64,000 nucleotides of DNA from Mizuhopecten yessoensis (lineage: Eukaryota): contig NW_018480057.1 in assembly GCF_002113885.1 (NCBI RefSeq), positions 301,208-365,207 of the forward strand, in the 5' to 3' direction. The position numbers and the translations under genes are program-made. Under the pieces are notes generated by a model. That model was not told the origin of the DNA. It saw only the letters and a list, made by a program, of their open reading frames with translations, and made no database searches. Positions 25,101 through 36,300 of this stretch are shown here, in pieces. Position 1 is the stretch's first letter, and each line of letters opens with the position of its first letter.

Positions 25101-28100
25101 ATCAAATACTTGTATAGTTTCATTTTCAGCCAAAATCTGAATTTTCAGATGGCTGCCAGTGGCCATCTTTGATCTTGTAAAAAAAAAAACATGGTACTGT
25201 GTGTTCTTTATATCAATTACCTTCTCAAGTTTTCTTTTGACCAAATCTGAAAGTCAGCATGGGGCAGGAGACACATCAGTTCATTGGAGTATTTGTCTTT
25301 TTGAATAAACAAAATAACAGCATCTATAAATGTTTATGTTGGGTTGCTGTGGAATGCAGTTGAATGTTAAAAATGTGGTTCAATAGTACTTAAATCTTAT
25401 TTTACTGAAAACAAGAGGGAAGATACCAGATTATTTTTCAAAAATGACAACAAGTCTGTAAGAACAGGGTCACAAACAGAGAAAACAGACTATTTCAGCC
25501 ACCCAATCATGTTTGTTATTTATTACAGAAAGTTCTAAAAGTGAGAGTGATCTCGGATGTCGGTAGTGTCAGGTTTTGTTGTATTTTATACCTTCAGGTG
25601 ATATAAACATGAAGCATTTATGGGGGATGGAGAAAATGCAGGCTTACCTGTCTCTGATCAAGTCTATAGACCCCCAGCTCACTGACGATTCTAGCAGGTA
25701 AGAAAACAGATTCATTTTATTGTATTGGAGAGAATGGATTAACTTTTTCCTTTGTGTTTTATATCAAAAGAGATGTAGGCGGTGAAGGAAGTTGTAATGA
25801 CTGGGAGTCAAAGTCATAATGAAAAGGTCTATTGGACCTTGACCTCAAGTACCAAAATACAGGTACATGTACATCGTCAGTGTTGGGGTATCAAAAAAGA
25901 ACCTGCTTAGAGTTAAATCCGGTTGTTTTTGATGTAGGGTGTTAAGGGAGTACTACCGAGCTCAGAGAGGAGCAGACGACAGGAACGCGGCCAGGACCAC
26001 CATGAGGCTCCTACAGAGTATGATCAGGCTGTCACAGGGTAGGTTCGTGAGTTGGTAAACTGGAATAAATACAGCAATATTTGCTCACACCTGTGGGGTG
26101 CAGATCAATATTTTGAGGAATACATGTTATTCAACAAAATCTGTGGTTGGTTTGAAGTTGTCAGGTATCAATTATATCAATCTGTTAAATCCTGAGGACA
26201 ATACATTTTAGAACAGATCTGCTAATGTTTAGTATGTCGCTGGTAGCAATGAGTTTTGGTTATATGTAGAAAAAAAGGAGATTAGAAAAACTCTCTAAGA
26301 ATTAATACATACTCCCTTTAACTACAATCAACATAAAAGTGTGAAAAAATTTAAGAGTATGAATATATATATAGCAGAGGTAGTGTTATCCACATGACAA
26401 CTTTTAGACAAAAAATATGTTTGTGGAAATTTGAAGACTTCTTTGATAATTTAAATGATTATTTTTAGCTCACCTAGCCCAAAGGGCCATGTGAGCTTAT
26501 GCGGTACTGTGGCATTCGTTCGTCATCTTTTTCTTTTGAACCACTTCTTCTGAAGAACTGGAGGACCTTGGGTCATGATACTTGGCCAGTGGGTACTTTG
26601 GATAGAGTGCTATAAAGTTTCCTCATTAAAATGACCTTGACCTAGTTTCAAGGTCACAGGAGTAAAATATGTTATAAACTTCCAACAACAATATCTTAAG
26701 AACGATTAGGTCTAGAGTGATGATACTTGGGTATGTTATGTAGGGGTCAAATGTCAACGTGGGTTAAAATTCAAATTTCAAATTTCAAACGACAATATCT
26801 GAAGAACCATTAAGAACTTCTGGGCCTCTTGTTCTACTTTAATTTCTCTTAAACAGTTTTTAAAAATCTGATAGGTAGATTAACATTCTTTGAATAAAAC
26901 TGGTATGCTAACTTCAGAGAATGCTGAAATAGAAAAAAAAAACAGCTATAGAAAAAAGTTCAATACAGAAATTAGAAGAAAATAATTCTTAATTGATATG
27001 GCAAATTTACATTCAGAGGTAAACCATGACTTTCTGTTTTGTAGCCCACGCTCGTCTGATGTTTCGAGATACAGTCTCAGTCCAGGACGCTGTGCTGGCT
27101 GTTACTCTTATGGAGTCCTCCATGCAGGTACTGAAATTGAGGGGACATTTATGTGTCCTTACTACAGCAGAAGCTAACCACTAGTCCAATTAATGTACTG
27201 AGAGGCATTTGTTGAACATTGGTCATTGTTACTCAAGGTCCTGTCTGCTTGTTTTTTGTGCTCATTTGCTAGGTTATGTTGACAGGATGCTGAGTTGCTT
27301 GGTGATGTTATGTTGACAAGTTGCTTAGTGGCTTATTGATGGGTGTATATGTTTGTATATATTCTGACATTGGTGCTTAGTTTCTACATAGTGTTTGTTT
27401 ATGTTCACAGGGGGCTGCGTTGCTAGGCGGGGTTAATGCCCTTCATACCTCCTTCCCTGAGGATGCAGAGGAAGAGTACAAACTACAAGGTAACCCACTA
27501 GGATAGAAGGTCATGTAAAAGTTGATTTTACCAGAGAGAATGCTACACTTATTTATAATCTTATATTGTAAGTCAAATATACACCTTTTCCAAGTACACA
27601 GTGAAATGGAGATCTTCGATACTCTAGGGGTTCAGCTCACTTTCGCTCTCTGCACCCCTGGAATAAGTCGTAGCAAAATTGAAGGCATGCAGCTAGCTAT
27701 TTGGTTGGTCTTTGGTAAAAATACAACTGACCAATCGCTAGACAGATACATATCCTTTTAAGATTACAGAGGAGTGACACCCGACTTCAAGCCAGTCAGT
27801 TTTACCGTTACTTAACCAACAGATTCTTTAGATGTACAACAAATGCACACTGAGCCTTTGATTATGCTATGACATATTCCATGATATTATTATTATTGAT
27901 GGACGAGAGCACTGCTGGGTCTATGTGTACAGCATTATAATATTTACAATCACTGTTCATTTCCTTGTGTGGTGAAGTGCAGTGAAGTACATAACTTTGA
28001 TTGTCTATTTCTGTGTTTAGTTAAGTATAGATTACCATTATTTTCCATTTCTGTGTTCCAGCTGAGATGGTGCTGAACAGACTTAATCTGCATGACCTAC

Positions 28101-30019
28101 TGGATCAGGAAATGGCACGAATTGAGCAGGAGAGACTCTCAGGTGGGACAGGGTCCCAGGGAGGTGGCAGTTCCCAGGGCCCAGGAAATGTTGGAACATC
28201 ACATTCGGGTCAAGGGTCAATATCACATACAGGAAATTCGGAAGTAGATCAGTCAAGGTCGCTAATAAGTGATATTTCAGTCTTACACCAAAGTCAACCA
28301 CTGAGAGAGACACACCAAAGTTTTAGAACTGAGCCAACCAGAGAAGTGAATGTTGAGGCTCGTAGTCACCAAGAGAAAGAACTACGTCAAAATGTCAGGA
28401 TCAAGCGAACTATGGATATGAGAGCTGACAGCCATGAAGTAAAGTTACCAATTGATAATTCAGCTCGATCAGACGTAGAAAGTGTTGTCATGGAAATAGG
28501 ATTACAGACCAAAAGTGGAGGAAACAGGAAATCTTCTTCTGATTCAGACGGCCATGACATCTCTCTCACAGATATGTTGAACACCAGTGTAGAAGATAGC
28601 CAATCCAGTATAGGTACTTTTGTTGCTCCCTCTGTAGGACAGACGCCAACATTATGGAGTCCTAGACCTCAAACATCCACACAGTTGTCCCAGTCAGCCC
28701 CGAGGGACCACAGTGAATGTCCTAATATTAGTTTGTCCAATATGTCTGATATCTCAGAGTCCCAGGACCAAAGTGCTCTGTCACAGAGAAAAGAAATAAT
28801 GCCTCGCCCATCTATAACACATGCAATTCAAAACCGTCTTCAGGAAGAGAAAAACCGGAAAATTGCTTCCAAGCCAAAAGCTGGAACATCCGAGTCAGAT
28901 GTTTTGGATATTTGTGACAAGGATCACCAAGCTAAACTTGTGTATGTGAAAGATACAGTTATGGAAAAGCCTAAAGCTGGATCAAAGAAACTGGTGTCAA
29001 AACTACGAAGTAAAATAGAAGCATCTAAAAGAGAGTTCACTTCATCAGACGCTTCATCAAAATCTGTTGAAAAACTTGACGAGAATGCCCCTAAACATTC
29101 AACAGGAAGTCATGGACCATCTTCAAAAGTACAGACATGCAAAGACACTTCTCTGGAACAAAAAAATAACAAGAAAATTTGGGACGCCAACTGTGACAGT
29201 AGTTATCATCGAGTGTCAGACAAAACCATGTCCAAGTTACAAAGATTTATGTTTGATTCATCTTCAGATTCATCGGCAGAGAAAGAGGTCGGAGATTCTG
29301 AAATAATTGTGGACGACAGCCTTCTATCAGAGGAGTCTGTAGTGGTTGATAACGGCGATAAAACTGGACATAAAAGGAAGCGCAGCGGCCAGGACAGTGG
29401 AATGTCTGAAAGCATGCTTTCAGGTCACCTCTGGACGGACAAACTTGAACAATCATTGCAAAGTGATATCTCAGACTCACAATCAAGTGATGCTGACGGA
29501 TCATTGGGATCATCAACAAACAAACTGAAAATTGTAGAAAGTTCTAACAAAAAAGTAAAGTTGTCTAAAGACAACTCTTGTGTGAAAACCAGTGAAAATT
29601 GCCCAGAGCAATATCCTAAAGATGTTAATTCAAATAGAGTGTGTAAGGAATTAAATATCAACAAATTCAAATTCACTCGTAAACCCATGTCATGCTTGTC
29701 TGTGCAAGCTCCCCATACTGACAGTAGTAAAGTTCAGATAGATAGATCATGTGACAGGAATAAAAGTGCAATGACCTCCCAAAAGTTGGGGTCATCACAA
29801 ACATCGATATCATCACAACCCTCCTCCAGCTTTCTCAAACCATTGCAAACAAAAAACAGTGCATCCAGTCCATCACAAACAGCCACCAGCATGCCCCAAT
29901 CAGCGCTAGCAAGTCCTGCCTGGCTTACCAGCCTGAACACAAAGAAGTCGTCCCCCATGTTTACTGTGCCCAGCTCTGAAGACAATGATTTGGACGATCT
30001 CGACCTGGAACTTGACTGA
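7139..30019 (+). CDS. MCM9: DNA helicase MCM9 (19 coding exons, ~1299 aa)
   Basis: Exons: 7139-7187, 9721(or 9715/9748)-9844, 10553-10694, 11152-11263, 11616-11704, 12794-12887, 16694-16847, 17405-17534, 17972-18118, 18636-18699, 19536-19645, 22797-22943, 24152-24232, 24799-24934, 25598-25697, 25938-26038, 27045-27127, 27411-27489, 28062-30019; all GT-AG and in phase. Motifs: LPVCPEL, C4 zinc finger, Walker A GDPGTGKSQ, Walker [21 protein letters not shown], Arg finger LLSRFDL, MCM9-type ALHTSFP, long S-rich C-terminal tail. Exon 1 and the exon-2 acceptor are the least certain parts. Confidence 0.96.
7650..7770 (-). mobile_element. Degenerate SINE core fragment
   Basis: aaaactggagtgcctggagaaaacc resembles the ggaaaccggagtacccggagaaaacc core common in invertebrate SINEs; boundaries approximate. 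Confidence 0.4.
8059..9143 (+). mobile_element. Non-autonomous hAT-like DNA transposon (1085 bp) in MCM9 intron 1
   Basis: Perfect 12-bp TIRs CATACCTGCCAA (8059-8070) / TTGGCAGGTATG (9132-9143); 6-bp TSD ATTTTG (8053-8058, 9144-9149); repeated subterminal (t)cacccg motifs at ~8090-8190; internal donor caggtaagt (~8296) and an acceptor plus short reading frame [23 protein letters not shown] (8921-8992). Confidence 0.85.
8630..8844. mobile_element. MITE nested in the hAT-like element
   Basis: Ends CACAGGCATTT / AAATGCCTGTG with extended imperfect inverted arms; 8-bp flanks aaaacacg / aaaacaca (7 of 8 identical). Confidence 0.7.
11673..11779 (+). repeat. 3 copies (36-39 bp) of MCM9 exon-5 3' end plus donor
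   Basis: gtacaaagtgccgatctgtcatctctgtacag|gtag at 11673 (exonic), 11709 (identical) and 11748 (diverged). Confidence 0.95.
11780..12617 (+). mobile_element. Helentron/HINE (DINE-1/pearl-like) non-autonomous element with internal tandem repeats
   Basis: Starts TTTTTAGCTCACCTG; ends CAGGTG...aggccttctgggcctt (subterminal inverted repeat plus 3' hairpin); internal diverged ~170-180-bp repeats. Confidence 0.75.
13444..16718 (+). repeat. 53-bp tandem array (~61 units) made of the MCM9 intron-6/exon-7 acceptor junction
   Basis: Unit ctgtctaagtaatgactaccttgatcag|gtacacagccactgaagtgtagaaa; period 53 (gatc at 13491, 13544 ... 16688). The last unit is the true acceptor (exon starts 16694, [12 protein letters not shown]). 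Confidence 0.97.
17511..17875 (+). repeat. Decayed repeats resembling MCM9 exon-8 3' end
   Basis: Exonic gcagtgctggtcacgcagg recurs in the intron as cagtactggtcac, cagtactgatcac, tgctggtcac, cagtgttggtcactcagg and cagaactggtcat. Confidence 0.6.
19587..21966 (+). repeat. 65-69-bp tandem array (~33-35 units) made of the MCM9 exon-11 3' end plus donor
   Basis: Unit ctgtactgaccacaagtatagg(g)gagtactagtgcaggtctcactgtcacagcggtcaag|gtagagtaa matches the last ~59 nt of exon 11 ([19 protein letters not shown]) plus the first 9 intronic nt. Confidence 0.97.
22246..22506. mobile_element. Interspersed repeat, copy A (MITE-like)
   Basis: Colinear with 27600-27880 (shared ctgaccaatcgcta, aagattacagag, ttttaccgttac, tgctatgacata). 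Confidence 0.7.
22940..23460 (+). repeat. Repeats seeded on the MCM9 exon-12 donor (CAAG|GTCAGG)
   Basis: caaggtcagg at 22940 (true), 22980, 23027, 23067, 23114 and 23154 (alternating 40/47-bp spacing, 87-bp dimer); 20-bp ggcataaggtcagggtcaaa x3 at ~23394-23453. Confidence 0.85.
23914..24085 (+). repeat. 89-bp tandem duplication
   Basis: ttatgataatccttgacaaaagtc...agggtcatttatttgaca at 23914 and 24003. Confidence 0.85.
26462..26833 (+). mobile_element. Second Helentron/HINE-like element
   Basis: Starts TTTTTAGCTCACCT, ends TGGGCCTCTTGTT; terminal structure like 11780-12617. Confidence 0.7.
27600..27880. mobile_element. Interspersed repeat, copy B (MITE-like)
   Basis: Similar to 22246-22506; internal inverted arms gtcgtagcaaaattgaaggc / gcctttgattatgctatgac. 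Confidence 0.7.
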
Positions 30020-30171
30020 AGATTTAAATCAGGCCCTGATTTCTGGAAAGAATAACACTTGAGAAGGTTTTCAATGATTTTTTGATAAAACATTTATTTA
30101 TTAATTGATTCACTTGAAAGTTCAAGCTAATTTGTATTTTCCCAGATTTTCAGTAGCTTCCAACCATTAAA

Positions 30172-30177
30172 AATAAA
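30172..30177 (+). promoter_or_regulatory. Candidate MCM9 polyadenylation signal
   Basis: First AATAAA ~150 nt after the stop codon. Confidence 0.45.
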
Positions 30178-30911
30178 CATTATGATTGCGACTAAAGAAA
30201 ATTTTAATTGTGAGTCAAATCTTAGGTTGTCACCTGAAAGTATAAGCCTTGTTAGTTCTAAAATACTTTTCATTATTTTTTTTATTTTTTTATGAATTGT
30301 GCAAAACAGAAGTGCATAAATGAAAGTTCCATGCAAAACTCTTGTTTCTGTCATACTGGTGCTGTTTCATATATTGGTGCTGTTTGTCTGTCAGCCGACT
30401 TGTTTTAGATAAAATTACCCATAAGAAGGATGTATGATTCTCTGTTATTTGATTCCCTGATCACTGCATGTAGGTCCTTCCCTGATGTCTCACTGCGTGC
30501 TGTACTCCTGTAAATATAACCACTAGAAACATCCCTGCGGCAGTCAAACCCGAACAAACTCCACACCAAACCAAGTGTAGGTTACATGTGGCGCTCATCA
30601 TTTTCTTCTTGTTTTTCATTTTTGTGTATTACTGCATCTCGACTTCCTTTCTAGATTTTATTGAAAATGTCATATTTGTCTACACCTAATTCACCGATGA
30701 CAAAATTTTCTTTGTTATTTTTGGGCAATATTTCTGTCGAGGCGATGATTTTGTTATTCCTGTCTCTATATTGCTGTATAGCGTCTTCAGCATTGTCTGC
30801 TCAGTTGCACTTGCATTTACAGTGACTTGCTAAAGCTGTCTTCCTATGCTGTATCGTTTCTGTTTGCCTATGTGGTTTCGTAGGAAGCGTCTGGCGCGTA
30901 TGACTGCCGTA

Positions 30912-32399
30912 CAGTATACAATGCAGGAATGATTTGTTTCAAGGCGAAATATTGTCACCGATTTTATTTTCTCTTTATGTGAATGATTGTGAGATGCATT
31001 ATTTAACTGATAACTGTCCTTCTATAGACCTCCAAACTATTAACTTATTTCTTCTAATATACGCAGATGATATGGTTTTGTTAGCTGAATCGGCAGAGGG
31101 ATTGCAAAAAATGTTAGACACACTATTACAATACACTAAGAAATGAAATCTAACTGTTAATGTTGAAAAAACTAAAGTTATAATTCATAGGAATGGTGGT
31201 TAGTTGAAGGAGGAAGAAAAATGGTTTTATGATGGTAATGTTTTAGAAAATGTTGACAGTTTTAGCTACCTTGGAATTCTAATGAAATTCAATGGTAATT
31301 TAGTATTACACAAGAGAAATTAGCAGAACAAGGTAGGAAAGCACTATATGCTGTATCCAATGTTTGTAAAAGGAAATATTTCAATATTGAAACCCAACTT
31401 AGCGTTTTTGATACTTTTGTGTGCAGTGTCCTAAACTATGGAGCTGAAATTTGGGGCTTTCACAAAGCTCCAGATATTGAGAAAGTGCATTTGAATTTTT
31501 GTAAACGAATTTTGGGGGTTAAGAAATGCACACCTAATGTAATGATTTATCAAGAATTAGGGAGGCTTACTTTACAAATGATCAGGAAATTTAGAATTTT
31601 CAAATATTGGCTTAAACTTAGAATTTCGGACAAATGCATTTTAAAGGTACGATGAGATGATTGAAAAGGGCAGCGACTGGACAAATAACATAAGAAATTA
31701 ATTATATAGGTTAGGTTTGGGATATTTATGGCTAACAGAAGGTAATGAAGTTCAAATTCTGAATATTATTAAATGTAGAATGCATGACATTTTTCAACAG
31801 GAGTGTCTAGATTTAATTAATTCATCTGCTAAGTGTTCTCTTTATAAATGGATTTGTGGTATTTTTTTGTCTTAAACAGTATTTAATTAAACCTATTGGA
31901 TTACAAAATATAAAACAAATTGCTAAAATTCGGTTGTCATCGCATACGTTGAATATTGAAATGGGTAGATTTCATGGTTTAGAGAGAAAAGATAGAATTT
32001 GTATATATTGTAACACTGGTGATATTGAAGACGAATATCATTTTATTATTAGATGTAGTCATTATACTGATTTAAGAAACCATTTCATTAAAAAGTATTA
32101 TCATAAAATACCTAGTATGGCATTTTTTTTTTTTAGATTTGATGACAACAAGAAATAATAAAGAACATTCTAATTTAGCCAAATATCTGAACCAATGTCA
32201 AAAAAGGAGATGCAATACTGTTTAAGATTAAAGGAATCACTCTCTACACTTTCTCTGTGATTTTATCGTATATGCATGGTCGGAAGATTGTATTCTATGT
32301 ACTCTTATTTATATATATATATGTACTGTATAATTTGCACTGTATATATGCACTGTACTGATAAACCGCAAGGTTTAAGGTAATAAAGAATGAATGAAT
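30912..32399 (+). mobile_element. 5'-truncated, inactivated non-LTR retrotransposon (RTE-X-like)
   Basis: RT motifs QGEILSPILFSLYVND and YADD; thumb LNYGAEIWG; C-terminal RLSSHTLNIEMGR...RICIYC...IEDEYHFIIRC (CCHC); broken by stops and frameshifts; 3' end has hairpin taaacc-gcaa-ggttta, AATAAA and a (GAAT)3 tail. Confidence 0.9.
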
Positions 32400-32501
32400 C
32401 AACCTGGATGGCGTCAGATATGGAGCTATCTCTCTCAGCCGATCGCGAGCACCGAATTCAAACGTTTTTTGTACGCTAACATTCCTATGCCCGTAGTAGC
32501 A

Positions 32502-32585
32502 CATCTTCGCTAGCCAAGTGTTCGCTTCGTATACACTCCACTTAAGTGGGGTATATATGAAGCGAACACTTGGCTAGCGAAGATG
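32502..32585. mobile_element. 84-bp palindromic MITE with 9-bp TSD
   Basis: catcttcgctagccaagtgttcgcttc...gaagcgaacacttggctagcgaagatg near-perfect hairpin; flanked by GTAGTAGCA (32493-32501, 32586-32594). Confidence 0.9.
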
Positions 32586-33305
32586 GTAGTAGCAACCTTC
32601 TCCTGACTCCAAGCTTACTTGTTGCCCGCCGAATTTTTCTCGTAACCGGTCCAGGCAAAGTTTTTATTTTAGATCTCAGGATGTATTTTTAGTGCTATAG
32701 AGGCAATTTTTAAATCTTTTATTACGATATTCATTACAAAATTCACACAATTACCAATGTTTCCATACAGGAATTACAAAAGTAATGCGTCAAAATGAGC
32801 GTCCTATCAAAGGGCCCCGAAGTATATGGAAAGCTTCACAGGGGAAGTAAAACAATCTCTGAGTGGAACTCCTGTTTGTGGTTATAGCTGATGTATCCGT
32901 ACCCTTTACCTTAACACAAATATGGTCATAGCAAAGCAATTTGAGGTATCGTATTATAATTGGTAAGCGACTCTGATACGGAGGTAACGATATTCATTTT
33001 AGTGAAATATTAGATATTATCTCTGGTTTCTACGCACGGAGAACGCCTGAAAGCCCACAGAAATGAGTTAAATATTCAGTCTATAGTCTTAATTTGAGTT
33101 AACATTAGAATACTACGTGATTAAACAAATCTTTGTGAATTTGTTTTTAAGAAGTTTAAATGACTTACAGCGACTCGGGGTAAAGTAGTACACCGATGAT
33201 TACTTGACTCAAACCTATGATAAGAGACGGAAGAAGATAATTAAACAACGTCCTGCTTCTGACACGTTATAAACTGTGTTACTTTGTACTGGTATCAAGT
33301 CCCGA

Positions 33306-36300
33306 TGTTCCATTGTTTAGGAGGACACCCCTAACCTAACAGTCGGTTTAAAGATAGAACCTTGGTTAAATGTTTGCTGCTGTTCCGTTGTTTTGGAGGG
33401 CGCCCCTAACCTAACAGTCGGTTTATAGATAGGACCTTGGTTAAATCTTAATGTTGCTGTTCCATTGTTTTGGAGGACACCCCTAACCTAACAGTCGGTT
33501 TATAGATAGGTCATTGGTTAAATGTTTACTGGTGCTGTTTTGGAGGGCACCCCTAACCTAACAGTCGGTTTATAGATAGAACCTTGGTTAAATTTTTACT
33601 GCTGCTGTTCCATTGTTTTGGAGGACATCCCTAACCTAACAGTCGGTTTATAGATAGAACCTTGGTTAAATTTTTACTGCTGCTGTTCCATTGTTTTGGA
33701 GGGCCCACTAACCTAACAGTCGGTTTATAGATAGAACCTTGGTTAAATTTTTACTGCTGCTGTTCCATTGTTTTGGAGGGCCCACTAACCTAACAGTCGG
33801 TTTATAGATAGGTCATTGGTTAAATGTTTTCTGGTGCTGTTTTGGAGGGCACCCCTAACCTAACAGTCGGTTTATAGATAGGTCATTGGTTAAATGATTA
33901 CTGGTGCTGTTTTGGAGGGCACCCCTAACCTAACAGTCGGTTTATAGATAGAACCTTGGTTAAATGTTTACTGCTGCTGTTCCATTGTTTTGGAGGACAT
34001 CCCCAACCTAACAGTCGGTTTATAGATAGAACCTTGGTTAAATGTTACTGCTGCTGATTCATTGTTTTGGAGGAAACCCCTAACCTAACAGTCGGTTTAC
34101 AGATAGAACCTTGGTTAAATCTTTACTGCTGCTGTTCCATTGTAAGGACACCCCTTACCTAACAGTCGGTTTACAGATAGAACCTTGGTTAAATGATTAC
34201 TGCTGCTGTTCCATTCTGTTGAAGGACACCCCTTGCCTAACAGTCGGTTTATTGATAGGACATTGGTTAAATGTTACTGCTGCTGATTCATTGTTTTGGA
34301 GGACACCCCGAACCTAACAGTCGGTTTATAGATAGAACCTTGGTTAAATGTTTACTGCTGCTGTTCCATTCTTTTGAAGGACACCCCTTACCTAACAGTC
34401 GGTTTATAGATAGGACATTGGTTAAATGTTACTGCTGCTGTTTCATTGTTTTGGAGGACACCCCTAAACTAACAATCGGTTTATAGATAGAACCTTGGTT
34501 AAATGTTTACCGCTGCTGTTCCATTGGTTTTGAGGACACCCCTAACCTAACAGTCGGTCTATAGATAGAACCTTGGTTAAATGTTTACTGCTGCTGTTCC
34601 CTTGTTTTGGAGGACACCCCTAACCTAATAGTCGGTTTATAGATAGAACCTTGGTTAAATGTTTACTGCTGCTGTTCCATTGGTTTTGAGGACACCCCTA
34701 ACCTTACAGTTGGTTTATAGATAGGACCTTGGTTAAATGTTTACTGCTGCTGTTTCATCGTTTTGGAGGACACCCCTAACCTCACAGTCGGTTTATAGAT
34801 AGGACATTGGTTAAATGTTTACTGCTGCTGTTTCATTGTTTTGGAGGGCACCCCTAACCTAACAGTCGGTGTAAAGATAGGACATTGGTTAAATGTTTAC
34901 TGCTGCTGATTCATCGTTTTGGAGGACACCCCTAACCTCACAGTCGGTTTATAGATAGGACATTGGCTAAATGTTTACTGCTGCTGTTTCATTGTTTTGG
35001 AGGACCCCCCTAACCTAACAGTCGGTTTATAGATAGAACTGCTGTTTCATCGTTTTGGAGGACACCCCTAACCTAACAGTCGGTTTAAAGATAGGACATT
35101 GGTTAAATGTTTACTGCTGCTGTTTCATTGTTTTGGAGGACACCCCTAAACTAACAATCGGTTTATAGATAGAACCTTGGTTAAATGTTTACTGCTGCTG
35201 TTTCATTGTTTTGGAGGACACCCCTAACCTAACAGTCGGTTTATAGATAGAACCTTGGTTAAATGTTTACTGCTGCTGTTCCATTGTTTTGGATGACACC
35301 CCTAACCTAACAGTCGGTTTACAGATAGAACCTTGGTTAAATGTTTACTGCTGCTGTTCTATTATTTTGGAGGACACCCCTAACCTAACAGTCGGTGTAA
35401 AGATAGGACATTGGTTAAATGTTTACTGCTGCTGTTTCATTGTTTTGGAGGAAACCCCTAACCTAACAGTCGGTTTATAGATAGAGCCTTGGTTAAATGT
35501 TTACTGCTGCTGTTCTATTATTTTGGAGGACACCCCTAACCTAACAGTCGGTTTGTAGATAGGACCTTGGTTAAATGTTTACTGCAGCTGTTTCATTGTT
35601 TTGGAGGACATCCCTAACCTAACAGTCGGTTTATAGATAGAGCCTTGGTTAAATGTTTACTGCTGCTGTTCTATTATTTTGGAGGACACCCCTAACCTAA
35701 CAGTCGGTGTAAAGATAGGACATTGGTTAAATGTTTACTGCTGCTGTTTCATTGTTTTGGAGGACACACCTAACCTAACAGTCGGTTTATAGATAGAATA
35801 TTGGTTATATGTTTACTGCTGCTGTTTCATTGTTTTGGAGGACCCCCCTAACCTAACAGTCGGTTTATAGATAGAGCCTTGGTTAAATGTTTACTGCTGC
35901 TGTTCTATTATTTTGGAGGACACCCCTAACCTAACAGTCGGTGTAAAGATAGGACATTGGTTAAATGTTTACTGCTGCTGTTACAGTCGGTTTATAGATA
36001 GGACCTTGGTTAAATCTTAATGTTGCTGTTCCATTGTTTTGGAGGACACCCCTTACCTAACAGTCGGTTTATAGATAGGACATTGGTTAAATGTTTACTG
36101 CTGCTGTTACAGTCGGTTTATAGATAGGACCTTGGTTACATGTTTACTGCTGCTGTTCCATTGTTTTGAGGGCACCCCTAACCTAACAGTCGGTTTATAG
36201 ATAGGCCCTTGGTTAAATGTTTACTGCTGCTGTTTCATTGTTTTGGAGGAAACCCCTAACCTAACAGTTGGTGTAAAGATAGGACATTGGTTAAATGTTT

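Noticed and set aside
28083-30093. Overlapping antisense/alternate-frame ORFs in MCM9 last exon
   Set aside because: Typical shadow ORFs of a long coding exon with no recognisable motifs.
30400-30910. Minus-strand coding-like segment with a hydrophobic stretch (LVWCGVCSGLTAAGMFLVVIFTGV)
   Set aside because: Multiple stops and no recognisable family; may be a pseudogene relic but cannot be supported without a homology search.
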